Notes under the pieces: generated by a model
What the model was told of the DNA's origin: nothing
What the model saw: the letters and a program-made list of their open reading frames with translations, nothing else
Databases searched by the model: none
In this document: positions 49,591 to 60,578 of the stretch, piece after piece
How positions within the stretch are numbered: position 1 is the first letter of the stretch
How the letters are laid out: each line of letters opens with the position of its first letter
Made by a program: the position numbers and the translations under genes
Source of the DNA: an uncultured bacterium
GTDB lineage: Bacteria > Bacillota_I > Bacilli_A > RFN20 > CAG-826
Direction: 5' to 3'
Length of the DNA stretch: 64,000 nucleotides
NCBI GenBank assembly: GCA_949291375.1
Contig: CASEVI010000003.1
Location: 14,224 to 78,223, forward strand

Positions 49591-50371
49591 TTATTTAATA
49601 TCTCGCATACATGATTTAGCTTTAAGAAGTAATAATAATTTTATAATTACATCTACTTCTTTTTTATCTTTAAGCGAACAATCTGTTTTTTTAAAAGAAC
49701 ATTCTTCTTTAAATAAAGAATTTAATAATGAATTAGTCTTTTTACTTTTTGGCGGAAATAAAGAAGAAAGCGACCGTAAAGTTCTTTTTATTTATAATAA
49801 AGAAATTACCCAAAAAGAACTTAATCAATATATAAATGAAGAAATTTCCTTATTATTAATAACTCCAAAAAATGAAAAATATTCTGATAAATTTACACAT
49901 CGTGATATTCTAGGTTCTTTGATGAACCTAGGAATTAAAAGAGAAACTATTGGTGATATTTTAATTGATTCAAACTCTATGAATACAAGCACTGTTTTTG
50001 TTTTATCTTCAATTAAAAACGAAATAATAAATAACTTAACGACTATTAAACATACATTGGTAAATGCTAAAGAAATACCATTAACTTCATCGCCATTTAA
50101 ATTAAATTTTAAAATCATCGATATTTATGTCTCTTCTCTTAGAATTGATAACATAATTAAAGAAGTTTTTAACCTTTCTAGAGAAGAAAGCAAAGAACTG
50201 ATTTTAAAAGAATGTGTATTTATTAATGGTGAAGCAAAATTAAACCCATCATACATATTAAAAAAAGATGAAAGAGTTTCTATTAAAGGAAAAGGAAAAT
50301 TTATCTTTCTTGATGACTCAATAATTAATAAAAAAGGGAGATATCATACAAAAATTAAAAAATATGCCTAA
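49577..50371 (+). CDS. ylmH: YlmH-like S4 RNA-binding protein
   Basis: THRDILGSLMNLGIKRETIGDI; SSLRID. Confidence 0.9.
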   Translation: MEKNNYLISRIHDLALRSNNNFIITSTSFLSLSEQSVFLKEHSSLNKEFNNELVFLLFGGNKEESDRKVLFIYNKEITQKELNQYINEEISLLLITPKNEKYSDKFTHRDILGSLMNLGIKRETIGDILIDSNSMNTSTVFVLSSIKNEIINNLTTIKHTLVNAKEIPLTSSPFKLNFKIIDIYVSSLRIDNIIKEVFNLSREESKELILKECVFINGEAKLNPSYILKKDERVSIKGKGKFIFLDDSIINKKGRYHTKIKKYA

Positions 50372-50448
50372 ATATATTTTTTTATTCATACATACTTACT
50401 TTAAAAAAATCCTTTAAATAGTAAAATAAACATAGCGAGGTTATAAAA

Positions 50449-52338
50449 ATGGAAACGGAGTTTAATGAAAATGTTCGTATACAGGATGATTTATATAATT
50501 ATGTAAATGGCAAATGGATTGAAAAGGCTAAGATCCCAGATGATTTACCAGCGACTGGTGGATTTATTGATTTAGATATTGATGTTGAAAAAACCATGCT
50601 TAAAGAATTTGATGAATTAAGTAAAAATAAAGTCGATGATAAATTATTAAACTACGCAATAACTCTTTATAAAAAAGTTTTAGATGAAGAAAATAGAAAA
50701 AAAGGATTAACTTCTTTATTAAAAGGTGTTCAAACTTTTGACAAGATTAAAACTAAAGATGACTTTTTAAATAATATTTATGAAATATGGAGTTTTTCTC
50801 AACCACTTCCTTTTGCAAGTTTTGTAAGCGAAGATATGAAAGAAGCAACAAAATATGCTCTTTACTTTAATGCACCTTCTTTGATTTTACCTGATAAAAC
50901 TATGTATTCTTCACCAAGTGCCGAAGCGTTATTAAATATTTATAAAAATATGGCTTTAGCAGTTTTAACTACATTAAAAATAGAAAATGCTGAAGAACTT
51001 CTTTCAAAAACTATTTATTTTGATGCAAAACTTTCAAAAATTGTAAAATCAAGTGAAGAAATGGCTGATTATATTAAATGCTATAATCCTTATTCATATA
51101 AAAAAGTATCTGAATTAATGGATTTAAATTTAGATGATTTTATGATTAAAAGATTTGGGCAAATACCAGAAACAATTGTTGTTTATGATCCAAATTTTTT
51201 AAAAAACTTTAAAACTTTAATGGAAAATAGTTATGAAGAATATGCTTCGTGGGCAAAAGTTAAATCAATTGTTGGAGATGTTCAACTTATTTCCGAAGAA
51301 TTAAGAGCTCTATCGAGTCAATATTCAAATGCTTTAAGAGGAACTAGCGAAGTTACAGCTTTAAATAAATATGCTTATCGAATAGTAAATTCTTTTTATG
51401 ATGAAGTTATTGGGATTTATTATGGTAAAAAATATTTTGGAGAAGAAGCTAAAAAAGATGTTATAGATTTAGTTAAAAATTTAATTCAAACATATAAAAA
51501 TAGATTATCTAATAACACTTGGCTATCAAAAGATACAATTAAAAAAGCAATTTTAAAACTTGATACAATGAAAATAAAAATTGGTTATCCTGATAAAATA
51601 AGCGAACTTTATACGAAACTAGAATTTGATGAAAATGAGTCTTTATTTGAAATCGTTACTAAATTAACAAAAATTAAAAACGAATATAATAGTTCACTTC
51701 TTTTTAAACCAGTTGATAAATCTTTATGGGTAATGAGTGGAAATACGGTCAATGCTTGTTATAATCCTTCTAGTAATGACATTACCTTCCCAGCAGCAAT
51801 TTTAAGAAAACCATTCTATTCTCTTTCTCAAAGTGTGGAAGAAAATTATGGAGGAATCGGCTGCGTTATTGGTCATGAAATTTCCCATGCCTTTGATAAT
51901 AATGGTGCTCAAATGGATGAAAACGGAAATATTAATAATTGGTGGAGTAAAGAAGATTATGATAACTTCAAAAATAAAACCGAATTAATGATTGAAGAAT
52001 TTGATGAACTTCCTTTAAATGGAGAAAAGGTAAATGGTAAACTTACCGTAAGTGAAAATATCGCTGATAATGGTGGAATTACCTCTTCTATTGAATCACT
52101 TAAAAGAATAAAAGAAAATCCAGATTTTCAAAAATTCTTTATTAACTATGCTCGTATTTGGTGTATCAAACAAAGAGAAGAATACACTAAATTACTCTTA
52201 ACTGTTGATGTTCATGGTCCAGCTTATTATCGAGCCAATATGCAAGTTAGAAACTTTAAAGAGTTTTATGATGCATTTAATGTAAAAGAAGCAGATAAAA
52301 TGTATTTAGAGCCTTCTAAACGTGTAATAATTTGGTAA
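50449..52338 (+). CDS. pepO: M13 family endopeptidase
   Basis: VNACYNP, HEISH, ENIAD. Confidence 0.95.
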   Translation: METEFNENVRIQDDLYNYVNGKWIEKAKIPDDLPATGGFIDLDIDVEKTMLKEFDELSKNKVDDKLLNYAITLYKKVLDEENRKKGLTSLLKGVQTFDKIKTKDDFLNNIYEIWSFSQPLPFASFVSEDMKEATKYALYFNAPSLILPDKTMYSSPSAEALLNIYKNMALAVLTTLKIENAEELLSKTIYFDAKLSKIVKSSEEMADYIKCYNPYSYKKVSELMDLNLDDFMIKRFGQIPETIVVYDPNFLKNFKTLMENSYEEYASWAKVKSIVGDVQLISEELRALSSQYSNALRGTSEVTALNKYAYRIVNSFYDEVIGIYYGKKYFGEEAKKDVIDLVKNLIQTYKNRLSNNTWLSKDTIKKAILKLDTMKIKIGYPDKISELYTKLEFDENESLFEIVTKLTKIKNEYNSSLLFKPVDKSLWVMSGNTVNACYNPSSNDITFPAAILRKPFYSLSQSVEENYGGIGCVIGHEISHAFDNNGAQMDENGNINNWWSKEDYDNFKNKTELMIEEFDELPLNGEKVNGKLTVSENIADNGGITSSIESLKRIKENPDFQKFFINYARIWCIKQREEYTKLLLTVDVHGPAYYRANMQVRNFKEFYDAFNVKEADKMYLEPSKRVIIW

Positions 52339-52389
52339 TAAAATAAAAAATTCGACTTCATTGTTAGAAGTTGAATTTTTTATTTAACA

Positions 52390-52850
52390 ACAACATTAAT
52401 TTTATTAATAAAATAATCAATAATTACTTCTTTATCAAATGTAATCATGTTTTCTAAATTTATAGCATTTATTTTATAAAATTTCATCTCTAAACTTTCT
52501 AAATCATGCTGTTTAATGAAAATATCCTTACTATTTACTTTTATTAAAAAAACTATATCAGCGTAATAAGTAATATTCGTTATTTGTATAAATAAATTCC
52601 CATTTTCTCCACTATAAATACCAATGATTTAATGGTTTTTAACTATATTTAAATCTATTCCAGTTTCTTCTTTTATTTCTCAATATTAACCATCAATTAT
52701 CTTTTCACCAATATTTAAAGCTCCACCTGAAAAAAAGTTTATTATTATCACTCCTTGTTTTTAACAAAACTTCTTCTTTTTCATTTATTATTAAAGAAGA
52801 AACCGCAATAGCCTTAATTTCTTTATGACCTACTAAAGAATATATATTTA
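52390..52850 (-). pseudogene. Degraded NUDIX hydrolase
   Basis: Fragments SLVGHKEIKAIAVSSLIINEKEEVLL and GGALNIGEKIIDG*Y*EIKEETGI, with stops and frameshifts. Confidence 0.7.
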
Positions 52851-52987
52851 ATACTTTAAAAACTTTTAGTGTTTAAATCAAAATAACAATTAAACTTAAT
52901 TATATACATGATGAGTCGAATACCGCCATCATTTATTAATATTAACCCATTAAAAAAACACGATAAATATCGTGCTAATGTAATATT

Positions 52988-53064
52988 TGGCGCGCTAGGC
53001 AGGAGTCGAACCCGCAACCTCTTGGTTCGTAGCCAAACACTCTATCCAGTTGAGCTACTAGCGC
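52988..53064 (-). tRNA. tRNA-Arg (anticodon ACG)
   Basis: GCGCTAG acceptor, anticodon loop CT-ACG-AA, T-loop TTCGACT, encoded CCA. Confidence 0.95.
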
Positions 53065-53177
53065 ATTAATGCCTAATAATAATAAGATAAAATATCAAAA
53101 ATATCAATAAAATAAACAAAAACCTCTAATTTTTAAGGGGCTTAATAATAAACTAGAGGTTTGTTTATTTATTAAAG

Positions 53178-53558
53178 CTATTTAATTTCAATAGCTTTAA
53201 CACTCTTTTCAGTTTTCTTATGTAAAATGACTTTTAATACACCATCGCTATAAGAAGCTTCAATGTTATTAACATCAACATCATTGAACATATATGATCT
53301 TGAGTAAGAACCATAGAATCTTTCTTTTCTTAAATATTTCTTATTAGAATGTTCATTTTCACTTTCTTTATAAGAAACTTTTAAATAATTATCGTTATAA
53401 TCGAGGTGAATATTTTCCTTTTTAGCACCTGGCATATCAATAAAGAGAATATAACAATCAGGATCTTCGATTACATCAGTTTTCAAAAGATTTGATCTTG
53501 AATGTCTCCCATCATTGAAAAATGCATCATAGAAATCATCGTATAAATCGTAAGCCAT
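53178..53558 (-). CDS. Hsp20 small heat-shock protein
   Basis: KTDVIE, DMPG, ERFYGSYSRS, ASYSDGVL. Confidence 0.95.
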   Translation of the reverse strand: MAYDLYDDFYDAFFNDGRHSRSNLLKTDVIEDPDCYILFIDMPGAKKENIHLDYNDNYLKVSYKESENEHSNKKYLRKERFYGSYSRSYMFNDVDVNNIEASYSDGVLKVILHKKTEKSVKAIEIK

Positions 53559-53596
53559 AAATTAATCCTCCTAATAAATTAAATCTAATTTATTGT

Positions 53597-53669
53597 TTAG
53601 CACTCTTATTTCTCAAGTGCTAACTATATTATAAGAACCTTTTTAGCACTGTCAAGTGGTATCTGCTAA
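53597..53669. promoter_or_regulatory. Two CIRCE elements (HrcA operators) upstream of hsp20
   Basis: TTAGCACTC-N9-AAGTGCTAA at 53597-53623; TTAGCACTG-N9-ATCTGCTAA at 53643-53669 overlapping TTGACA on the - strand. Confidence 0.9.
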
Positions 53670-53741
53670 AAATTTAACTTTTCTTTTAGCCTCTCTTTTT
53701 TTCAATTGCTTATACTTATATATAAGTATAAAATAATTTCA

Positions 53742-55487
53742 ATGTTTAAATTATTGTTTAAATTCATTAAACCATATAAAAAAGATTTTATAGTTTCTGT
53801 AATTACAATCGTTATTGAATCGCTACTTGAAATTTCTTGTCCATATCTTATGTCAATGCTTTTAGAATATGGAATTATTCAAAGTGGAGAAACATATATC
53901 ATTGATAATGAGATAGTAATTTTATTATCCTGCTTAATGGTACTTTTTGGAATTTTAGCTTTTATAAGTGGATTATTTTTTGCAAAATACGTTGCTAGAT
54001 TTTCAAAGGGTGTCGGCTATGAAATTAGAAAAGAAGAATATTTAAAATTAAAAGAATATTCATTTCATAACTTGGACTCAGTTTCTGCTTCTTCTCTTTT
54101 AACAAGATTAACAAGTGATGTCAATATTATTGCAGATACCGTTTCAAATTCATTTAGACCTATGTTTAGAGCACCGGTTATGTTAGTTGCTACTTTAACA
54201 ATTTCTGCAATTACTTCTCCAATTCTTTCATGTGTATTTTTTATAACAGTTCCAATTTTAGCCATTATCATGGTTGTTATTGTTAAATATGTCAAACCAA
54301 GATTTTTAAAGATTCAAAAAATCGTCGATAGAATGAATAGAAATACAAAAGAATCAATTGTTGCTATAAAAACAATTAAGAGTTATGTAAAAGAAGATTT
54401 TGAAATTAATAAATTTAAAAAAATTAATGATGATTCGAGAAAATCTTCAAATGATGCAATGGGAGCAAATGGTTTAATGATGCCTGCTCAAGAATTAGTT
54501 TTATATTCTACAATCGTTGGAATTCTTTATCTAGGTGGATACTTGGCTCTTAAACCTGATTATGCAAATATTGTCGTTAATATTGCAATGTTTTTAACAT
54601 ATGTAACTCAACTTTTAGCCACGGTTCAAATGTTAACTAATGTTACATTAAATTTAAATAGGGCTGAAGCATCTGTTACACGTGTTGAAGAATTATTTAA
54701 AGTTAATAGTGAAATTAAAGAAAAATCATCAAAATTAAAAGTCTTGAATGGAGATATTGAATTTAAAAATGTATCTTTCTCGTATTTTAATGATAAAAAT
54801 TATGTTTTAAATAATGTTTCTTTAAAAATTAAAAGCGGCTCTTTTGTTGGAATTGTTGGTCAAACAGGTTCCTCTAAAACAACTTTAATCAATCTTTTAT
54901 TAAGATTTTATGATGTAAGTGAAGGAAATGTTTTAATTGGAGATCATGATGTAAGAGATTATCCAATTCATGAATTAAGAAGAAATATTTCTGTTTCCTT
55001 CCAAAATCCATTTCTTTTTAATGACACAGTTTTAAATAATATTAAATGGGGTAATAAAGAAGCAACTATGGACGAAGTTATAAACGCTGCAAAAATTGCT
55101 TGTGCTTATGATTTTATAACCAATGATTTAGAAAATGGATTTAATACCATGATTGCTGAAGGCGGAACCAATCTTTCTGGTGGACAAAGACAAAGAGTAT
55201 GTTTAGCAAGAGCAATTTTAATGCATCCTAAAGTTTTAATTTTAGATGATTCTTTCTCAGCTTTAGATAGAATTACAGAAGCTAAAGTTAAGGAAAATTT
55301 GAAAAATACTTTACCTGACGTTACAAAAATTGTTATCTCACAAAAAATTTCGACGATTAAAGATAGCGATGAAATTATAGTTTTAGAAAAAGGAAACATT
55401 TCTAATATTGGTAATCATAAATTCTTAGCTAAAAATGATCCAATCTATAAAGATATAAATAATATTCAAAACGAGGGGCTAGAATAA
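53742..55487 (+). CDS. ABC exporter, permease plus ATPase (subunit 1)
   Basis: TM domain, GQTGSSKT, LSGGQRQR, ILDD. Confidence 0.95.
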   Translation: MFKLLFKFIKPYKKDFIVSVITIVIESLLEISCPYLMSMLLEYGIIQSGETYIIDNEIVILLSCLMVLFGILAFISGLFFAKYVARFSKGVGYEIRKEEYLKLKEYSFHNLDSVSASSLLTRLTSDVNIIADTVSNSFRPMFRAPVMLVATLTISAITSPILSCVFFITVPILAIIMVVIVKYVKPRFLKIQKIVDRMNRNTKESIVAIKTIKSYVKEDFEINKFKKINDDSRKSSNDAMGANGLMMPAQELVLYSTIVGILYLGGYLALKPDYANIVVNIAMFLTYVTQLLATVQMLTNVTLNLNRAEASVTRVEELFKVNSEIKEKSSKLKVLNGDIEFKNVSFSYFNDKNYVLNNVSLKIKSGSFVGIVGQTGSSKTTLINLLLRFYDVSEGNVLIGDHDVRDYPIHELRRNISVSFQNPFLFNDTVLNNIKWGNKEATMDEVINAAKIACAYDFITNDLENGFNTMIAEGGTNLSGGQRQRVCLARAILMHPKVLILDDSFSALDRITEAKVKENLKNTLPDVTKIVISQKISTIKDSDEIIVLEKGNISNIGNHKFLAKNDPIYKDINNIQNEGLE

Positions 55488-55488
55488 T

Positions 55489-57297
55489 ATGGAAAAAAAT
55501 AAAAGATATAAAAACAGCTTCCAAACTTTATGGAGATTATTGGGTTATTTTAAAGGACATAGAATTTTATTCTTTTTTGTCATTATTCTAGTTATCTATA
55601 CTTCTTTTGCCCAAATTTATGGAACTTTTATGTTAAAAGATATAATCGCAAATGGAATTCAAGCAAAAGATTATAATTATTTAATCATTAACACATCTTA
55701 TATGGCCTTAGTTTATCTTTTTGGATGTTTGGCAAATTTAACTTACACCCAAATAATGATAAGACTTTCCCAAAGAGTTATTTTTAAAATAAGAGAAGAT
55801 TTAATTAAAAAAGTTTTAGCTCTTCCTGTCTCATATTTTGATTCAAGACAAGCCGGTGAAATTATGAGTTATTTCACAAACGATGTTGATTCAACAATAA
55901 ATGCTTTAAATCAATCATTAGCAAATATCATATTTTCATTATGTAATATTATCGGAACGCTTTTAGGAATGTATTTAATAAACTTATATTTAGCATTAAT
56001 TGCAACTGCTATTGTTGCAACAATCGTTATCTTTATCGTTGTTAATTCTAAAAAATGTCGTAAATATTATCGTAAGCAACAAGAATCATTATCAATATTA
56101 AATGGTTGTATCGAAGAAGATTTAAGAGGAATTAAAGTTAACAAAGCTTTTGAACATGAAGAAGATTCATATAAAACATTTTTAAAGAAAAACGCTGATT
56201 GGCGTGACTCATCAACATCAGCTTTCTTCCACACAATGTTAAATACTCCATTTATTGTTTCGTTATCTTATTTAAACTTTGCTATATGCTCTATTGTTGG
56301 AATTCTTTTTATTTCTAATGGTTTACTAAAAGAAGGGATTGCGGCTTTGTCACCATTTTTAATTTATGTTAGACAAAGCGCTCAACCATTTAACTTTTTT
56401 ACAGTTCATTTTAATACAATTTTAAATGCTTTAGCTGGTTCAGAAAGAATTTTTGAATTTTTAGATTTACCTGAAGAAAAAGAAAAAGATAAAGGATATA
56501 TTAAACTTGTTAAAATCAATGATTCTTATTATTGGGAAAAAAGTCAAACTGAACATCTTCCTTTAGAAGGAAATATCGTATTTGACCATGTAAAATTTGG
56601 ATATGAAAAAGATAAAATTGTTTTAGATGATATTTCTTTTTATGCAAAACAAGGCCAAAAAATTGCTTTTGTTGGTTCAACTGGGGCTGGAAAAACAACT
56701 ATTATTTCTTTAATTACAAGATTTTATGATATAAATGAAGGAACCATTACTTATGATGGTATAAATATCTTTGATATTAAACTTGAATCATTAAGAAGAG
56801 CTACTTCCATGGTTACTCAAGATACACATTTATTTAACGATACTATTTTAAATAACATTAAGTATCCTCGTATGCATTCAACAATTGATGAAGTTAAAGA
56901 AGCTGCTAGAATTGGTGGAGCAGATCATTTTATTTCAAAATTAAAAGATAATTATGAAACACTTTTATATGATGATGGTATTAATTTAAGCGAAGGCGAA
57001 AGACAACTTCTTTCTCTTGCCAGAGCAGCTATTTCTCATCCTCCATTATTAATCTTAGATGAAGCAACTTCTAACATTGATACACGTACTGAAAAAATTG
57101 TCGAAAAATCAATGGATAAATTAATGGAAAATAGAACAGTCTTAGTAATTGCGCATCGTCTTTCGACAGTTAGAGATGCTAATGCAATATTAGTTCTTGA
57201 TCATGGAAAGATTATAGAAAGAGGAAACCATGAACAATTATTAAAAATGAAAGGAAGATATTATTCATTATATAATGGAAGTATTGAATTAGAATAA
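55489..57297 (+). CDS. ABC exporter, permease plus ATPase (subunit 2)
   Basis: GSTGAGKT, LSEGERQ, ILDEATS, IAHRLS. Confidence 0.95.
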   Translation: MEKNKRYKNSFQTLWRLLGYFKGHRILFFFVIILVIYTSFAQIYGTFMLKDIIANGIQAKDYNYLIINTSYMALVYLFGCLANLTYTQIMIRLSQRVIFKIREDLIKKVLALPVSYFDSRQAGEIMSYFTNDVDSTINALNQSLANIIFSLCNIIGTLLGMYLINLYLALIATAIVATIVIFIVVNSKKCRKYYRKQQESLSILNGCIEEDLRGIKVNKAFEHEEDSYKTFLKKNADWRDSSTSAFFHTMLNTPFIVSLSYLNFAICSIVGILFISNGLLKEGIAALSPFLIYVRQSAQPFNFFTVHFNTILNALAGSERIFEFLDLPEEKEKDKGYIKLVKINDSYYWEKSQTEHLPLEGNIVFDHVKFGYEKDKIVLDDISFYAKQGQKIAFVGSTGAGKTTIISLITRFYDINEGTITYDGINIFDIKLESLRRATSMVTQDTHLFNDTILNNIKYPRMHSTIDEVKEAARIGGADHFISKLKDNYETLLYDDGINLSEGERQLLSLARAAISHPPLLILDEATSNIDTRTEKIVEKSMDKLMENRTVLVIAHRLSTVRDANAILVLDHGKIIERGNHEQLLKMKGRYYSLYNGSIELE

Positions 57298-57322
57298 AAA
57301 AGGCTAGGTCTTTCCTAGCCTT

Positions 57323-57964
57323 TTATTCATCTTTACTATCTCTTATATCAATAATGTCAGCATCGATAGCATTTTCTTTTCCTTTAAATCCGATAATTTT
57401 CTTTTCTTCATCTTTATCTATTTTATTTTTATCAATAAGTTTAACAATTATCTCTATTAATGAAGATACTCCAATAAGTAAGAGTAAAACTCCAAATAAT
57501 ATGGCAACTATTTCATTAAATTCATCAATAAAAAACATTAAAGTAATTCCTAAGGTTACAAAAATAATCCCAACTACTAAATTAATAATGTAATATTTAT
57601 CTTTATTAAATTTAGCAAAAGAGAATATTTTACTAAACCCACTTAATAATAGATAAATAATTAAAAGAATAGGTAAAATTGAAACAAGTAATGATGGATT
57701 AATTAAAAAAGTAATCCCAAAACATAAAGAAATTACAGAGATAATAATTGAGAAAATCGATGAAAATAAAAAACTTGAAGTAATTAAAGCTAATATAATT
57801 CCTAAAAGTCCAACAATAATTAAAATTGATCCAGCGATTATTCCTATAGAATTAACAAAAAATGATGGAAGAATTATAAATACCAACCCTAAAATAATTA
57901 AAATGGCATCAAAAATAATCTTTCCTAGATTATTTTTTAAAGTTTTCTTAAATGATTTATACAT
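57323..57964 (-). CDS. HdeD/DUF308-like membrane protein
   Basis: About six TM segments. Confidence 0.75.
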   Translation of the reverse strand: MYKSFKKTLKNNLGKIIFDAILIILGLVFIILPSFFVNSIGIIAGSILIIVGLLGIILALITSSFLFSSIFSIIISVISLCFGITFLINPSLLVSILPILLIIYLLLSGFSKIFSFAKFNKDKYYIINLVVGIIFVTLGITLMFFIDEFNEIVAILFGVLLLLIGVSSLIEIIVKLIDKNKIDKDEEKKIIGFKGKENAIDADIIDIRDSKDE

Positions 57965-58410
57965 TTTCTTTTCTCCTTAACAATAAGTTTTATTTACAAA
58001 ATTTAAAAAATATCATTAATCCTTTTATAAATACCAAATTTTATTTTTAAATAAGCAAATTTAATTATTTTTATCTTATAAACTAATAATAGCTTCATCT
58101 AATAATTAAAACTTACACTAATATTATAAACCCAAAAGAGATTTATTAAAAAATTAACGCTAATAATAAAGTCAAAGTAAAAAATTAAACTCTTATTTCA
58201 TTTGAAAGTTCTTTTCTTTTATTCAAAATGATAAAAATATTTTTGCAATTTTTAAATCACTTTTTTAACTTTTATTGAATATTTTTTGAAACTTGAAGCA
58301 TTCTTGTATGTTACTAGGGATGGGATTCCAATTATTATAAAAATCCCATTTTTATAATATATATTTGTTATACTAATATATATTCTTTTAAAAAGATGCA
58401 AATTATCCTT

Positions 58411-59127
58411 TTATTCTTTAACTCGATTTACATCTAAATTTTCAAACGTTATGGAATCAGCAAATCTTTTGGCTAATTCCAAAGATTCTTCATTATTTAT
58501 CGTCCAAGTTAAAACTAATCTTTTTTTATTCATTTTTTTATACTTTTTGTCTTTAAAGAAAGTATATTCAACATCTAATCCTTCAAATAAGTGTCTCAAA
58601 CAATATAAATATTTTCTTTTATAAAGTAACAGAAGACAGCGAATATATTTTTCTTTTTTAAAAGGTAATAAACATTGCGGATAAAATGAAATTAAAATAA
58701 CATTCCTCTTATCTTTAATTTCATTTAAAGTAGAAACGACTTTTTTAGCCAATTCCTTATAATTCCTCTTATATGGTTTTAATTCAATAACCATTGGAAC
58801 TTTCTCTTCATTTAGTTCTAATACTTCATCTAATGTAGGAATATTAGTCTTATCACTTAGATGATAATTGTTTTTAATTTCTTCCAAAGTCAATTCTTCG
58901 ATTATACCTTCTTTTCCAGTAACTCTTTTTAATGTTGAATCGTGACAAACAATTAATTTTTTATCTTTTGAAAGATGAACATCTAATTCAAAAGCAAAAT
59001 CGTTATCAATAGCATTTTTAAAAGCTAAAATTGAATTTTCAGAGTAAACTTCATTATGAAGTCCTCGATGAGCAATGCCTTTTAAAAATTTAGGATTTAT
59101 AAGCGTTAAAACTTTATTCTTTTCCAT
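58411..59127 (-). CDS. Glycerophosphodiester phosphodiesterase
   Basis: IAHRGLH, ENS, FELDV, HD motifs. Confidence 0.92.
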   Translation of the reverse strand: MEKNKVLTLINPKFLKGIAHRGLHNEVYSENSILAFKNAIDNDFAFELDVHLSKDKKLIVCHDSTLKRVTGKEGIIEELTLEEIKNNYHLSDKTNIPTLDEVLELNEEKVPMVIELKPYKRNYKELAKKVVSTLNEIKDKRNVILISFYPQCLLPFKKEKYIRCLLLLYKRKYLYCLRHLFEGLDVEYTFFKDKKYKKMNKKRLVLTWTINNEESLELAKRFADSITFENLDVNRVKE

Positions 59128-59129
59128 AA

Positions 59130-60557
59130 TTAATCTTGATCTAAAGCCTCTAAACCTTTTTTAAAGTTTGTTTTTGTATTTTTAACATTTTTAATAAATA
59201 AGAAGACAACTAAAGCAATGACTGTACAAGCAATAGCATAAAATGGTAAAACACCAAAATCAAACCCAGGAATCAACAAAATAGTTCCTAATAAAATAGG
59301 TGTTACGGTTTGAGCAGCCATAGAGGAAGCGTAATAATAGCCTGTAAATTTGCCAATTTTTTTACTATTGCATAATTCAACAACCATCGGATAAGAATTA
59401 ACATGGACTAAGCTCATGCCAAAACCTTTAACAAACCAGATAATATATAGATAAATTGGGAATGTTCCACTTCCTGGTTGGAAACCTAATAAAGTTGCTG
59501 ATAAGACACCCCAAACACAATAGGATGCAAGAGTTAACCCTAACCCACTTACCAACGTCCATTTTCTCCCAATTTTAGAAGCAACCAATCCACCAACTGC
59601 AAAGCCAATAACCGAACCAACTCCCCCTACTATTGTATTTATCATGCTTGAAGATGAAGAAGCGGCAAAATAATAGATGGTGTAATTAGTCATGAAAGTC
59701 GAAATTCCATTATCAGCCATAAACCAGAAGAATTCGGCACATAAAATTAAAATTAACATAATTTTATTTCCTTTTGATAATGGTTTTTCATCGTCAACTT
59801 TTTCTTTTAATTCTGTCATTTCTTCACCAAGTTTTAATTCAGGCTCAAGTTCTTTTTCTAATTTGTTTTCTTTAATAGTGAAAAACAAAACTAAAGCGGA
59901 AATTATCATCAAAATAGATGCAACTAAAAAAGGAATTTCGATTACCCAAATATTATGATTTGCCCATTCAGGAGCATTTCCAGTTGAATTTAAATAGTCA
60001 CTAACGGCAAAGAAAATTCCAACAACAGTAGCAAAAGCCCCTCCAACATAACCCATTATATTAATAATACCGTTTGCTTTACTTCTTAATGGTTTAGGAG
60101 TTAAATCTGGCATTAATGAAACCGCTGGATTTCTATACATCATTGAAAAAATAACTACGATAGCCATCATTATAATTGTACCGGCAACATTATTAAAATG
60201 AAAAAATAACGGAACAAAAGGAAAACAAACAGCACAAACAAAAGTTCCAATAAGAATATAAGGCATACGTTTTCCAATTGGCGATTTAGTTTTATCAGAT
60301 AACGCTCCAAAGATAGGTAAAAGAATTAAAGCTGCTAAATTATCAAAAGCCATAACGATTCCAACTAAATATTGAACTTCTTCAGAACTTTCAATATTAA
60401 AAGCATTTTTAAATAGTTCAGTTAAAAATGTTGGACACCAAGAATCATAAACTTGCCATAAAAGTAAAATTCCAAAGAAAGCAAACCCAATGATTATTGT
60501 TCTTTTATAATTTAATTTCAATTTTGCATTTTCTTTATTAAAAGTATTAGCTTCCAT
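59130..60557 (-). CDS. MFS sugar transporter-like protein
   Basis: GALSDKT...GKRMPY; about 12 TM segments. Confidence 0.9.
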   Translation of the reverse strand: MEANTFNKENAKLKLNYKRTIIIGFAFFGILLLWQVYDSWCPTFLTELFKNAFNIESSEEVQYLVGIVMAFDNLAALILLPIFGALSDKTKSPIGKRMPYILIGTFVCAVCFPFVPLFFHFNNVAGTIIMMAIVVIFSMMYRNPAVSLMPDLTPKPLRSKANGIINIMGYVGGAFATVVGIFFAVSDYLNSTGNAPEWANHNIWVIEIPFLVASILMIISALVLFFTIKENKLEKELEPELKLGEEMTELKEKVDDEKPLSKGNKIMLILILCAEFFWFMADNGISTFMTNYTIYYFAASSSSSMINTIVGGVGSVIGFAVGGLVASKIGRKWTLVSGLGLTLASYCVWGVLSATLLGFQPGSGTFPIYLYIIWFVKGFGMSLVHVNSYPMVVELCNSKKIGKFTGYYYASSMAAQTVTPILLGTILLIPGFDFGVLPFYAIACTVIALVVFLFIKNVKNTKTNFKKGLEALDQD

Positions 60558-60578
60558 AATAAACTCCTTTCTAAATAA

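Noticed and set aside
54655-54675. AGG=Met recoding known from some uncultivated Bacilli
   Set aside because: AGG occupies the typical Arg position of the ABC exporter motif LNRAEAS.
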